A stretch of 31,521 nt of DNA. It comes from Escherichia phage 204576. This document shows positions 11,958 to 22,050 of this stretch, in pieces (within the stretch, counting starts at the first letter, position 1; every line of letters starts with the position of its first letter). The stretch lies in sequence record CP025907.1; one strand, 5' to 3'. A program made the position numbers and the translations under genes. The notes under the pieces were generated by a model. It did no database searches. It worked only from the letters and a program-made list of their open reading frames with translations, and was not told the origin of the DNA.

Positions 11958-12024
11958 CGCAGGCACCCGGTGAGGTGCCTGTTGTTTTTGTGAGTGAACA
12001 ATTATCACGGTAAGAGGTGATGTA

Positions 12025-15000
12025 ATGGGCAAAGGTGGCGGCAAGGCGCACACACCGCGTGAGGCGAAAGACAATCTCAAATCCACGCAGATGATGAGCG
12101 TGATTGATGCGATTGGTGAGGGACCGATAGATGGCCCGGTGAAAGGCCTGCAGAGTATTCTGGTGAACAAAACCCCGCTGACGGACACGGACGGTAATCC
12201 CGTGATACACGGTGTGACCGCGGTCTGGCGTGCCGGGGAGCAGGAGCAGACACCACCGGAAGGCTTTGAGTCCTCCGGCTCTGAAACTGTACTGGGTGTC
12301 GAAGTGACCAGGGCAAAACCGGTAACACGCACCATTACGTCAGCGAACATTGACCGCCTGCGGGTGACCTTCGGGGTGCAGTCACTGGTGGAGACCACGT
12401 CAAAGGGTGACCGTAATCCGTCCTCTGTCCGTCTGCTGATTCAGTTACAGCGTAACGGTAACTGGGTGACAGAAAAGGATGTCACCATTAACGGCAAGAC
12501 CACCTCACAGTTCCTGGCCTCGGTGATTCTGGATAATCTGCCTCCCCGCCCCTTTAACATCCGGATGGTCAGGGAGACGGCGGACAGCACCACGGACCAG
12601 CTGCAGAACAGAACGCTGTGGTCGTCATACACCGAAATCATCGATGTGAAACAGTGCTACCCGAACACGGCCATTGTGGGGATGCAGGTGGATGCGGAGC
12701 AGTTTGGTGGTCAGCAGATGACGGTGAACTACCATATCCGCGGTCGCATCATCCAGGTGCCGTCAAACTATGACCCGGAAAAACGCACGTACAGTGGTAT
12801 CTGGGACGGCAGTCTGAAACCGGCATACAGCAACAATCCGGCCTGGTGTCTGTGGGACATGCTGACTCACCCGCGCTACGGCATGGAAAACGTCTGGGGG
12901 CGGCGGATGTGGACAAGTGGGCGCTGTATGCCATCGGGCAGTACTGCGACCAGATGGTGCCGGATGGCTTCGGGGGCACCGAGCCGCGGATGACCTTCAA
13001 TGCGTACCTGGCACAACAGCGTAAGGCGTGGGATGTTCTCAGTGATTTCTGCTCGGCGATGCGCTGTATGCCGGTATGGAACGGCCAGATGCTGACGTTT
13101 GTTCAGGACCGCCTGTCGGATGTGGTGTGGCCGTACACCAACAGCGATGTGGTGGTGGATGATAACGGCGTGGGGTTCCGCTACAGCTTCAGTGCCCTGA
13201 AGGACCGGCACACGGCGGTGGAGGTGAATTACACCGACCCGCAGAACGGCTGGCAGACCTCCACGGAGCTGGTGGAAGACCCGGAAGCCATACTGCGCTA
13301 CGGGCGCAATCTGCTGAAGATGGACGCGTTCGGCTGTACCAGCCGCGGTCAGGCCCACCGTGCCGGACTGTGGGTGATAAAGACCGAACTGCTGGAAACG
13401 CAGACGGTGGATTTCACGCTCGGGTCTCAGGGGCTGCGGCACACACCCGGTGACATTATTGAAATCTGTGATAATGACTATGCCGGGACCCTGACCGGCG
13501 GACGTGTCCTGTCCATTGATGCTGCCACCCGCACCCTGACGCTGGACCGTGAGGTTACCCTGCCGGAGACCGGTGCCGCCACGGTGAACCTGATTAACGG
13601 CAGCGGTAAGCCGGTGAGTGTGGACATCACCGAACACCCCGCGCCGGACCGGATACAGGTCAGTACCCTGCCTGATGGTGTGGAGACATACGGGGTGTGG
13701 GGACTCTCCCTGCCGTCACTGCGCCGTCGCCTGTTCCGCTGTGTCTCCATCCGGGAAAACACGGACGGCACCTTTGCCATCACGGCGGTGCAGCACGTAC
13801 CGGAAAAAGAAGCCATCGTGGATAACGGTGCCCGCTTTGAGCCGCAGTCAGGTTCCCTGAACAGCGTCATCCCACCGGCAGTGCAGCACCTGACGGTGGA
13901 GGTGAGCGCAGCTGACGGCCAGTATCTGGCGCAGGCGAAATGGGACACGCCGCGGGTGGTGAAGGGTGTGCGCTTCAGTCTGCGCCTGACCAGTGGTAAG
14001 GGAACGGATGCCAGACTGGTGACCACCGCCATCACCGCAGACACGGAGCACCGTTTCAGCGGCCTGCCGCTCGGGGAATACACCCTGACGGTGCGGGCGA
14101 TAAACAGCTATGGCCAGCAGGGTGAACCTGCCACCACCACCTTCCGGATTGCCGCACCGGCAGCACCGTCGCGGATTGAGCTGACGCCGGGCTATTTTCA
14201 GATAACCGCCACGCCGCATCTTGCCGTTTATGACCCGACGGTACAGTTTGAGTTCTGGTTCTCGGAAAAGCGGATTGCGGATATCAGGCAGGTTGAAACC
14301 GCAGCCCGCTATCTTGGCTCGGCGCTGTACTGGATAGCTGCCAGTATCAATATCAAACCGGGCCATGATTATTATTTTTATATCCGCAGTGTGAATACTG
14401 TTGGCAAATCGGCATTTGTGGAGGCTGTTGGCCAGCCGAGTGATGATGCATCCGGCTATCTGGATTTTTTCAAAGGAGAGATAGGGAAAACCCATCTGGC
14501 TCAGGAGTTGTGGACGCAGATTGATAACGGTCAGCTTGCGCCTGACCTGGCTGAAATCAGGACGTCCATTACGGATGTCAGCAATGAAATCACGCAGACC
14601 GTCAATAAAAAACTGGAAGACCAGAGTGCAGCGATCCAGCAGATACAGAAGGTTCAGGTTGATACAAATAATAATCTGAACAGCATGTGGGCTGTGAAGC
14701 TGCAGCAGATGCAGGACGGACGCCTTTATATTGCGGGTATCGGTGCCGGTATTGAGAACACCCCCGACGGCATGCAGAGTCAGGTGCTGCTGGCGGCAGA
14801 CAGGATTGCGATGATTAATCCTGCAAATGGCAACACAAAACCGATGTTTGTTGGTCAGGGTGATCAGATATTCATGAACGAAGTGTTCCTGAAATACCTG
14901 ACGGCTCCCACCATTACCAGCGGCGGTAATCCTCCGGCATTTTCCCTGACACCGGACGGGCGGCTGACGGCGAAAAATGCCGATATCAGCGGTAACGTGA

Positions 15001-15497
15001 ATGCGAACTCCGGGACGCTCAACAACGTCACGATTAACGAGAACTGTCGGGTTCTGGGAAAATTGTCCGCCAACCAGATTGAAGGCGATCTCGTTAAAAC
15101 AGTGGGCAAAGCTTTCCCCCGGGACTCCCGTGCACCGGAACGGTGGCCATCAGGGACCATCACCGTCAGGGTTTATGACGATCAGCCGTTTGACCGGCAG
15201 ATTGTTATTCCGGCGGTGGCATTCAGCGGCGCTAAACATGAGCGGGAGAATAACGATATTTATTCGTCATGCCGCCTGATAGTACGGAAAAACGGTGCTG
15301 AAATTTATAACCGTACCGCGCTGGATAATACGCTGATTTACAGTGGTGTTATTGATATGCCAGCTGGTCGCGGCCACATGACGCTGGAGTTTTCGGTGTC
15401 AGCATGGCTGGTGAATAACTGGTATCCCACAGCAAGTATCAGCGATTTGCTGGTTGTGGTGATGAAGAAAGCCACCGCAGGCATCAGTATCAGCTGA
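12025..15497 (+). CDS. J: Central tail fibre / host specificity protein J; single frameshift near 12890
   Basis: Near-collinear match to lambda gpJ from [19 protein letters not shown] to the C-terminus. The frame break is at ggcatggaaaacgt where lambda encodes YGMGKRL, consistent with loss of one G. Confidence 0.95.
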
Positions 15498-15514
15498 ATT
15501 TTATAACCCATATA

Positions 15515-15542
15515 CGGGCGCCAGAAATGGCGCCTTTTTTAT
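15515..15542 (+). terminator. Rho-independent terminator after J
   Basis: GGCGCC-agaaat-GGCGCC stem-loop followed by TTTTTT. Confidence 0.7.
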
Positions 15543-15564
15543 TGCAGAAAAGCGAGAGGTAATT

Positions 15565-16164
15565 ATGCGTAAAGTTTGTGCAGTCATTTTGTCCGCAGCC
15601 ATCTGTCTGTCCGTATCCGGTGCGCCTGCATGGGCGTCTGAACATCAGTCCACACTGAGCGCGGGGTATCTTCATGCCCGTACGAACGCTCCCGGCAGCG
15701 ATAATCTGAACGGGATTAACGTGAAATACCGTTATGAGTTTACGGACGCGCTGGGGCTGATTACGTCCTTCAGTTATGCCAATGCTGAGGATGAGCAAAA
15801 AACGCACTACAGCGATACCCGCTGGCATGAAGATTCCGTGCGTAACCGCTGGTTCAGCGTGATGGCGGGGCCGTCTGTACGCGTGAATGAATGGTTCAGC
15901 GCGTATGCGATGGCGGGTGTAGCTTACAGCCGTGTGTCGACTTTCTCCGGGGATTATCTTCGCGTAACTGACAACAAGGGGAAAAAGCACGATGTGCTGA
16001 CCGGAAGTGATGACGGTCGTCACAGCAACACGTCTCTGGCGTGGGGGGCTGGCGTGCAGTTTAACCCGACCGAATCCGTGGCCATTGATATTGCTTATGA
16101 AGGCTCCGGCAGTGGTGACTGGCGCACTGACGGTTTCATCGTGGGTGTCGGTTATAAATTCTGA
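15565..16164 (+). CDS. lom: Lom outer-membrane protein (Ail/Lom family)
   Basis: Intact 199-aa ORF with signal-peptide-like N-terminus; INVKYRYE, YAMAGVA.SR and C-terminal IAYEGSGSGDWRTDGFIVGVGYKF identical to the lambda Lom end. Confidence 0.9.
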   Translation: MRKVCAVILSAAICLSVSGAPAWASEHQSTLSAGYLHARTNAPGSDNLNGINVKYRYEFTDALGLITSFSYANAEDEQKTHYSDTRWHEDSVRNRWFSVMAGPSVRVNEWFSAYAMAGVAYSRVSTFSGDYLRVTDNKGKKHDVLTGSDDGRHSNTSLAWGAGVQFNPTESVAIDIAYEGSGSGDWRTDGFIVGVGYKF

Positions 16165-16189
16165 TTAGCCAGGTAACACAGTGTTATGA

Positions 16190-16218
16190 CAGCCCGCCGG
16201 TTCAGGCGGGCTTTTTTG
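16190..16218 (+). terminator. Rho-independent terminator after lom
   Basis: GCCCGCC-ggttca-GGCGGGC stem followed by TTTTTT. Confidence 0.7.
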
Positions 16219-16228
16219 TGGGGTGAAT

Positions 16229-19200
16229 ATGGCAGTAAAGATTTCAGGTGTACTGAAAGACGGCACAGGAAAACCGGTACAGAACTGCACAATCCAGCTG
16301 AAAGCAAAACGTAACAGCACCACGGTGGTGGTGAACACGCTGGCCTCAGAAAATCCGGATGAAGCCGGGCGTTACAGCATGGACGTTGAGTACGGGCAGT
16401 ACAGCGTTATTCTGTTGGTGGAGGGATTCCCGCCGTCACATGCCGGGACCATCACCGTGTATGAAGATTCCAGACCAGGTACGCTGAATGATTTTCTCGG
16501 TGCCATGACGGAGGATGATGCCCGTCCTGAGGCACTGCGCCGTTTTGAACTGATGGTGGAAGAGGTGGCGCGTAACGCGTCCGCGGTGGCACAGAACACG
16601 GCAGCCGCGAAGAAGTCAGCCAGCGATGCCGGCACATCAGCCCGTGAGGCGGCAACCCATGCGACTGATGCTGCAGGCTCAGCACGCGCAGCCAGCACGT
16701 CAGCCGGACAGGCCGCGTCGTCGGCTCAGTCAGCATCTTCCAGCGCAGGAACGGCATCAACAAAGGCCAGTGAAGCATCGAAAAGTGCTGCTGCTGCAGA
16801 GTCCTCAAAAAGCGCGGCAGCTACCAGTGCCGCTGCGGCGAAAACGTCAGAAACGAATGCGGCAGCGTCACAACAATCAGCAGCCACTTCTGCATCCGCC
16901 GCGACCACGAAGGCGTCAGAAGCAGCCACCTCAGCCCGGGATGCGGCGGCCTCAAAAGAGGCAGCGAAATCATCAGAAACGAACGCATCATCAAGCGCCA
17001 GTAGTGCCGCTTCCTCGGCAACGGCGGCAGCAAATTCCGCGAAGGCGGCAAAAACGTCCGAGACGAACGCCAGGTCTTCTGAAACGGCAGCGGGACAGAG
17101 CGCCTCAGCTGCGGCAGGCTCAAAAACAGCGGCTGCGTCGTCTGCCAGTGCCGCGTCAACAAGTGCCGGGCAGGCCTCAGCCAGTGCCACCGCCGCCGGA
17201 AAATCGGCAGAAAGTGCCGCATCGTCTGCTTCAACAGCCACAACGAAGGCTGGCGAAGCCACTGAACAGGCCAGCGCAGCAGCGAGGTCTGCTTCCGCAG
17301 CGAAGACATCCGAGACGAACGCGAAAGCGTCGGAAACCAGCGCAGAATCCTCAAAAACGGCTGCCGCATCGTCCGCCAGTTCGGCGGCGTCATCGGCATC
17401 ATCGGCGTCTGCTTCAAAAGATGAGGCGACCAGACAAGCGTCCGCAGCGAAGGGCAGCGCCACGACAGCATCCACGAAGGCGACAGAGGCAGCTGGCAGT
17501 GCGACGGCGGCAGCACAGAGCAAAAGTACGGCGGAATCCGCGGCAACGCGCGCCGAGACAGCGGCAAAACGGGCAGAGGATATTGCATCCGCCGTGGCGC
17601 TTGAGGATGCAAGTACGACGAAAAAGGGGATAGTACAGCTCAGCAGTGCGACCAACAGTACGTCTGAAACGCTGGCGGCAACGCCAAAGGCAGTAAAATC
17701 AGCCTATGACAATGCAGAGAAACGTCTGCAGAAAGACCAGAACGGCGCTGATATACCCGATAAGGGACGCTTCCTGAACAACATTAACGCGGTCAGTAAA
17801 ACAGACTTTGCTGATAAGCGTGGTATGCGTTATGTGCGGGTTAACGCTCCTGCAGGTGCAATATCTGGAAAATATTACCCTGTTGTTGTTATGCGTTCTG
17901 CTGGCTCAGTAAGCGAACTGGCATCAAGGGTCATTATCACCACGGCAACGCGAGCCGCAGGCGATCCGATGAATAACTGCGAGTTTAACGGATTTGTTAT
18001 GCCAGCCGGATGGACTGACAGAGGGCGTTATGCCTATGGAATGTTCTGGCAATATCAAAACAATGAACGAGCCATTCACTCAATAATGATGAGTAATAAG
18101 GGCGATGATTTGCGCTCTGTGTTCTATGTTGATGGCGCTGCTTTCCCTGTTTTTGCGTTTATCGAAGATGGCCTGTCAATATCCGCACCTGGTGCTGATC
18201 TCGTTGTTAACGATACGACCTACAAGTTTGGGGCAACAAATCCGGCGACTGAATGTATCGCGGCGGACGTTATCCTTGATTTTAAGAGTGGGCGTGGTTT
18301 TTATGAGTCTCATTCGTTAATCGTTAACGATAACTTGTCGTGCAAAAAACTTTTTGCCACAGACGAAATTGTAGCGCGTGGTGGTAATCAGATTCGAATG
18401 ATAGGTGGGGAGTATGGGGCATTATGGCGTAATGATGGCGCTAAAACTTACCTGCTGCTTACCAATCAAGGTGATGTTTATGGTGGCTGGAATACATTAA
18501 GACCGTTTGCTATTGATAACGCAACCGGCGAACTGGTTATTGGAACCAAACTGTCTGCAAGTCTGAACGGTAACGCATTGACAGCAACAAAGCTGCAAAC
18601 GCCAAGACGGGTTTCTGGGATTGAGTTTGATGGTTCCAGAGATATTACTTTAACCGCCGCGCATGTGGCTGCTTTTGCCAGAAGGGCAACGGATACATAT
18701 GCCGATGCGGATGGTGGCGTTCCCTGGAATGCCGAATCAGGCGCTTATAATGTCACCCGCTCTGGCTACAGCTATATTCTGGTTAACTTCTATACCGGAG
18801 TCGGAAGTTGCCGGACCTTGCAGATGAAGGCGCATTACAGAAATGGTGGTCTGTTCTACCGTTCTTCAAGAGACGGTTATGGTTTTGAGGAAGACTGGGC
18901 AGAAGTTTATACCTCGAAAAATCTTCCACCAGAAAGCTACCCAGTCGGCGCACCAATCCCGTGGCCATCAGATACCGTTCCGTCTGGTTATGCCCTGATG
19001 CAGGGGCAGACTTTTAACAAATCTGCCTACCCGAAACTTGCAGCCGCTTATCCGTCAGGCGTGATCCCTGATATGCGTGGCTGGACGATTAAGGGCAAAC
19101 CTGCCAGTGGTCGGGCCGTATTGTCTCAGGAACAGGACGGCATTAAATCGCATACCCACAGCGCCAGCGCATCCAGTACGGATTTGGGGACGAAAACCAC

Positions 19201-19642
19201 ATCGTCGTTTGATTACGGCACTAAATCCACGAATAACACCGGGGCGCATACGCACAGTCTGAGTGGCTCTACGGGGTCTGCCGGTGTTCATACTCATGGT
19301 AATGGTATTCGTTGGCCAGGAGGCGGCGGTTCTGCGTTAGCATTTTATGATGGCGGTGGGTTCACTTATGTCCAGAATTCACAGTATCAAGTAAGCCCGG
19401 GGACTTCTTCCTATAGATCGTATTATCAACGTATTCAGACACAGTCAGCAGGTGCTCATACCCACTCGCTGTCTGGTACTGCAGCAAGTTCTGGCGCACA
19501 TGCACATACTGTAGGTATTGGTGCGCATACGCACTCCGTTGCGATTGGTTCACATGGACACACCATCACCGTTAACGCTGCGGGTAACGCGGAAAACACC
19601 GTCAAAAACATCGCATTTAACTATATTGTGAGGCTTGCATAA
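16229..19642 (+). CDS. stf: Side tail fibre protein Stf (long variant, about 1137 aa)
   Basis: N-terminus [26 protein letters not shown] matches lambda Stf; Ala/Ser/Thr-rich repeat region; C-terminus with GAHTHSLSG/HxH repeats and [26 protein letters not shown] identical to the lambda Stf end. Confidence 0.9.
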   Translation: MAVKISGVLKDGTGKPVQNCTIQLKAKRNSTTVVVNTLASENPDEAGRYSMDVEYGQYSVILLVEGFPPSHAGTITVYEDSRPGTLNDFLGAMTEDDARPEALRRFELMVEEVARNASAVAQNTAAAKKSASDAGTSAREAATHATDAAGSARAASTSAGQAASSAQSASSSAGTASTKASEASKSAAAAESSKSAAATSAAAAKTSETNAAASQQSAATSASAATTKASEAATSARDAAASKEAAKSSETNASSSASSAASSATAAANSAKAAKTSETNARSSETAAGQSASAAAGSKTAAASSASAASTSAGQASASATAAGKSAESAASSASTATTKAGEATEQASAAARSASAAKTSETNAKASETSAESSKTAAASSASSAASSASSASASKDEATRQASAAKGSATTASTKATEAAGSATAAAQSKSTAESAATRAETAAKRAEDIASAVALEDASTTKKGIVQLSSATNSTSETLAATPKAVKSAYDNAEKRLQKDQNGADIPDKGRFLNNINAVSKTDFADKRGMRYVRVNAPAGAISGKYYPVVVMRSAGSVSELASRVIITTATRAAGDPMNNCEFNGFVMPAGWTDRGRYAYGMFWQYQNNERAIHSIMMSNKGDDLRSVFYVDGAAFPVFAFIEDGLSISAPGADLVVNDTTYKFGATNPATECIAADVILDFKSGRGFYESHSLIVNDNLSCKKLFATDEIVARGGNQIRMIGGEYGALWRNDGAKTYLLLTNQGDVYGGWNTLRPFAIDNATGELVIGTKLSASLNGNALTATKLQTPRRVSGIEFDGSRDITLTAAHVAAFARRATDTYADADGGVPWNAESGAYNVTRSGYSYILVNFYTGVGSCRTLQMKAHYRNGGLFYRSSRDGYGFEEDWAEVYTSKNLPPESYPVGAPIPWPSDTVPSGYALMQGQTFNKSAYPKLAAAYPSGVIPDMRGWTIKGKPASGRAVLSQEQDGIKSHTHSASASSTDLGTKTTSSFDYGTKSTNNTGAHTHSLSGSTGSAGVHTHGNGIRWPGGGGSALAFYDGGGFTYVQNSQYQVSPGTSSYRSYYQRIQTQSAGAHTHSLSGTAASSGAHAHTVGIGAHTHSVAIGSHGHTITVNAAGNAENTVKNIAFNYIVRLA
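16600..17600 (+). repeat. Low-complexity Ala/Ser/Thr-rich coding repeats within stf
   Basis: Repeated AAKTSETNA / SASAAS motifs; generates long spurious ORFs in the other five frames. Confidence 0.8.
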
Positions 19643-20226
19643 TGGCATTCAGAATGAGTGAACAAGCACGGACCATAAAAATTTATAATCTGCTGGCCGG
19701 AACTAATGAATTTATTGGTGAAGGTGACGCATATATTCCGCCTCATACAGGTCTGCCAGCAAACAGTACCGATATTGCACCACCAGATATTCCTGCTGGC
19801 TTTGTGGCTGTTTTCAACAGTGATGAGGCATCGTGGCATCTCGTTGAAGACCATCGGGGTAAAACGGTTTATGACGTAGCGTCAGGGGACGAGTTATTTA
19901 TTTCTGAACTCGGTCCGTTACCGGAAAATGTTACCTGGTTATCGCCGGAAGGGGAGTTTCAGAAGTGGAACGGCACAGCCTGGGTGAAGGATACGGAAGC
20001 AGAAAAAATGTTCCGGATCCGGGAGGCGGAAGAAACAAAAAACAACCTGATGCAGGTAGCCAGTGAGCATATTGCGCCGCTTCAGGATGCTGCAGATCTG
20101 GAAATTGCAACGGAGGAAGAAACCTCATTGCTGGAAGCCTGGAAAAAGTATCGGGTGTTGCTGAACCGTGTTGATACATCAACTGCACCTGATATTGAGT
20201 GGCCTACGAACCCTGTCAGGGAGTAA
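19642..20226 (+). CDS. tfa: Tail fibre assembly protein Tfa
   Basis: Intact 194-aa ORF, same length as lambda Tfa; start overlaps the stf stop (TAATGG). Confidence 0.85.
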   Translation: MAFRMSEQARTIKIYNLLAGTNEFIGEGDAYIPPHTGLPANSTDIAPPDIPAGFVAVFNSDEASWHLVEDHRGKTVYDVASGDELFISELGPLPENVTWLSPEGEFQKWNGTAWVKDTEAEKMFRIREAEETKNNLMQVASEHIAPLQDAADLEIATEEETSLLEAWKKYRVLLNRVDTSTAPDIEWPTNPVRE

Positions 20227-20280
20227 TCATTGGGATTATGCCGCAGCACGTCTTAAGCAAGAACGTGCTGCGGTTGGATG

Positions 20281-20937
20281 CTATTTTTTCCCTGAAGCGG
20301 AAAACATTACTACAGTACCTTGAACCTTGGTTTTAACATTCTCGAAATGCTCTGAGAGTATATGTGTTAAGCCTTCTTCGGAATCTTTTGTGTTTGAAAA
20401 GATGCCTTTCTGATTGTAAATGCGCATCAGTTTTTGACCGAAGCTATTGTGCACAACTCCATCGCCAAGAATTGTGGCTCCGTATAGAGTTCCATCGTCA
20501 GTTAAGGCCTGCGCCGCATTGCGTATTACACAGCTTTTTGTAGATATATTTCCAGGCAGGCAGTGAAGAAGGTAAAACATGGAAATGGAATCAAATTGAC
20601 CATGTAACGCCGCGGGATAAGGTTCAAAAACATCATGGCTAATTTTATGTTTAATTTTTGATTCCCCAGCCCTTGTAGATGCCGCGTTCAGGCTAGCTTC
20701 GTTCAAATCCATTAAAGATATCAGACTACTCTCAGGTACGTGAGTAAGGTAAAACCCAGTTCCAACACCAATATCCAGATGGTTGTTACCTACATGTTCC
20801 AGAAAGTGTGGAAGAAGGTGTTCCTTTGTAGGACATCCCCATGCAAGCCGATTTGATACTCCCAAAACCCACCAGTCATAAAGCTTTAGGGTAAGTGGTG
20901 TGTAAATTTTAGCCCCATCATCTGTGTTTTTTTTCAT
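20281..20937 (-). CDS. Class I SAM-dependent methyltransferase (non-DNA type), low-GC cargo gene
   Basis: Motif I DIGVGTGFY (GxGxG), acidic post-I LMDLNEASL, motif II/III region FDSISMFYLLHCLP; no DPPY/NPPY DNA-methyltransferase motif. Preferred start MKKNTDDG with a GGTGA ribosome-binding site (ORF track start 20949). Confidence 0.7.
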   Translation of the reverse strand: MKKNTDDGAKIYTPLTLKLYDWWVLGVSNRLAWGCPTKEHLLPHFLEHVGNNHLDIGVGTGFYLTHVPESSLISLMDLNEASLNAASTRAGESKIKHKISHDVFEPYPAALHGQFDSISMFYLLHCLPGNISTKSCVIRNAAQALTDDGTLYGATILGDGVVHNSFGQKLMRIYNQKGIFSNTKDSEEGLTHILSEHFENVKTKVQGTVVMFSASGKK

Positions 20938-21005
20938 TGATTTCACCATGTTATAGTTTTATTTGTGAATTAAATCAATTATGGCGATGAATTACAAGGG
21001 GTTAA

Positions 21006-21275
21006 ATGCTGCCGCAGCATAGCGATATTGAAATAGCCTGGTATGCTTCGATACAGCAGGAGCCGAATGGCTGGAAGACCGTCACCACACAGTTCTACAT
21101 CCAGGAATTCAGTGAGTATATTGCGCCACTGCAGGATGCTGTAGATCTGGAAATCGCAACGGAGGAAGAAAGATCGTTGCTGGAGGCATGGAATAAATAT
21201 CGGGTATTGTTGAATCGTGTTGATACATCAACTGCACCTGATATTGAGTGGCCTGCAAATCCTGTCAGGGAGTAA
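21006..21275 (+). pseudogene. Remnant second tfa (C-terminal part of a different tfa allele)
   Basis: C-terminal 50 aa ([52 protein letters not shown]) near-identical to the end of the tfa at 19642..20226; the N-terminal part is short and not Tfa-like. Confidence 0.65.
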
Positions 21276-21278
21276 TCA

Positions 21279-21560
21279 TTGGGATTATGCCGCAGACACG
21301 TCGTATGCAGGAACGTGCTGCGGTTAGTTTGTGAGCTTTCGATAGTGGTTGTTATTTTTGCCCTTATTTGTTCCGGAGGCCATGGTTCAATGGTCCGTCT
21401 GCCCCCTGTGGTGATGTCAGCAAAATCAGCCACTGCGCGAACCACAATAGCCCGGGAAGATGCTGAAGATCACCAGGTAAAGCTATCAGCGCAGAAACTG
21501 GAAGAACTGCTCGCATCAATGGTTAAGGATGAGGTTGATCGCAATGATGGGATTTATTGA
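21279..21560 (+). CDS. Hypothetical small protein (possibly starting at the internal Met, about 56 aa)
   Basis: ORF only; GGAGG upstream of the internal ATG; no recognisable motifs. Confidence 0.2.
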   Translation: MGLCRRHVVCRNVLRLVCELSIVVVIFALICSGGHGSMVRLPPVVMSAKSATARTTIAREDAEDHQVKLSAQKLEELLASMVKDEVDRNDGIY

Positions 21561-21699
21561 CGTCAGCGAGAGCAGAAGGAAGAACTGAATAACCTGAATG
21601 ATTTACGCTCAATCAGAGCGATGATGATTGGCAGTAATTAGCGGTCAATTTCGGTTTTTTTGGCTGTGCGCTCCCCGCCCAGCATTGCGCGTCAATTAG

Positions 21700-22050
21700 C
21701 CCCAAAAAAACGAAAAAGTTACAATCAAGTAAAAAATTCCTTCTGCAAAACTAAAAAAGATTTCAATAAAATCAGACAGTTAAAAACATAAAAAAAAGGT
21801 ACAAAAAAACATCTCAAAGTCTTGTTTTTTGCTTCAAATACAATTGGTTATTGTGTTTTTTGAAACCTACCAGTGTGGTACATGGATATCGATACCACGG
21901 CTAAGTACAAATCTGGTGTTACTACCGTAAAAGACTCGGTACGACTGGATCCGTGGGTGTTTATGTTCTCCGCAGGATATCGTTTTTAATTTTCTCTGCA
22001 AAACCTCTGCAAAACCCCTCTGCAAAACTGGTCATCAAATGACCAGTTTT
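21700..22050. other. Putative attP region with arm-type integrase-binding repeats
   Basis: AT-rich segment adjacent to the int 3' end; three tandem CTCTGCAAAAC repeats at 21994..22028 and one TCTGCAAAAC at 21742..21751; placement as in lambda attP. Confidence 0.55.
22024..22050. terminator. Palindromic hairpin overlapping the int stop codon (terminator or sib-like element)
   Basis: AAAACTGGTCAT-caa-ATGACCAGTTTT perfect inverted repeat flanked by A/T runs on both sides. Confidence 0.4.

Noticed and set aside
12876-14495. Several 200-250-aa minus-strand ORFs inside J
   Set aside because: Antisense to the J reading frame, which is collinear with lambda gpJ; Arg/Pro/His-rich compositions typical of spurious frames.
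16626-17655. Long ORFs in alternative frames and on the minus strand across the stf repeat region (335-aa Arg/Pro-rich +frame ORF; 309-aa and 263-aa minus-strand ORFs)
   Set aside because: Products of the low-complexity GC-rich Ala/Ser codon repeats of stf; extreme composition (poly-Arg/Pro/Gln or poly-Ala/Asp); no start context; stf in the main frame is lambda-homologous throughout.
20062-21330. Invertible tail-fibre switch (G-segment/Pin-type)
   Set aside because: The two tfa 3' copies are in direct, not inverted, orientation, and no serine invertase gene is present nearby.
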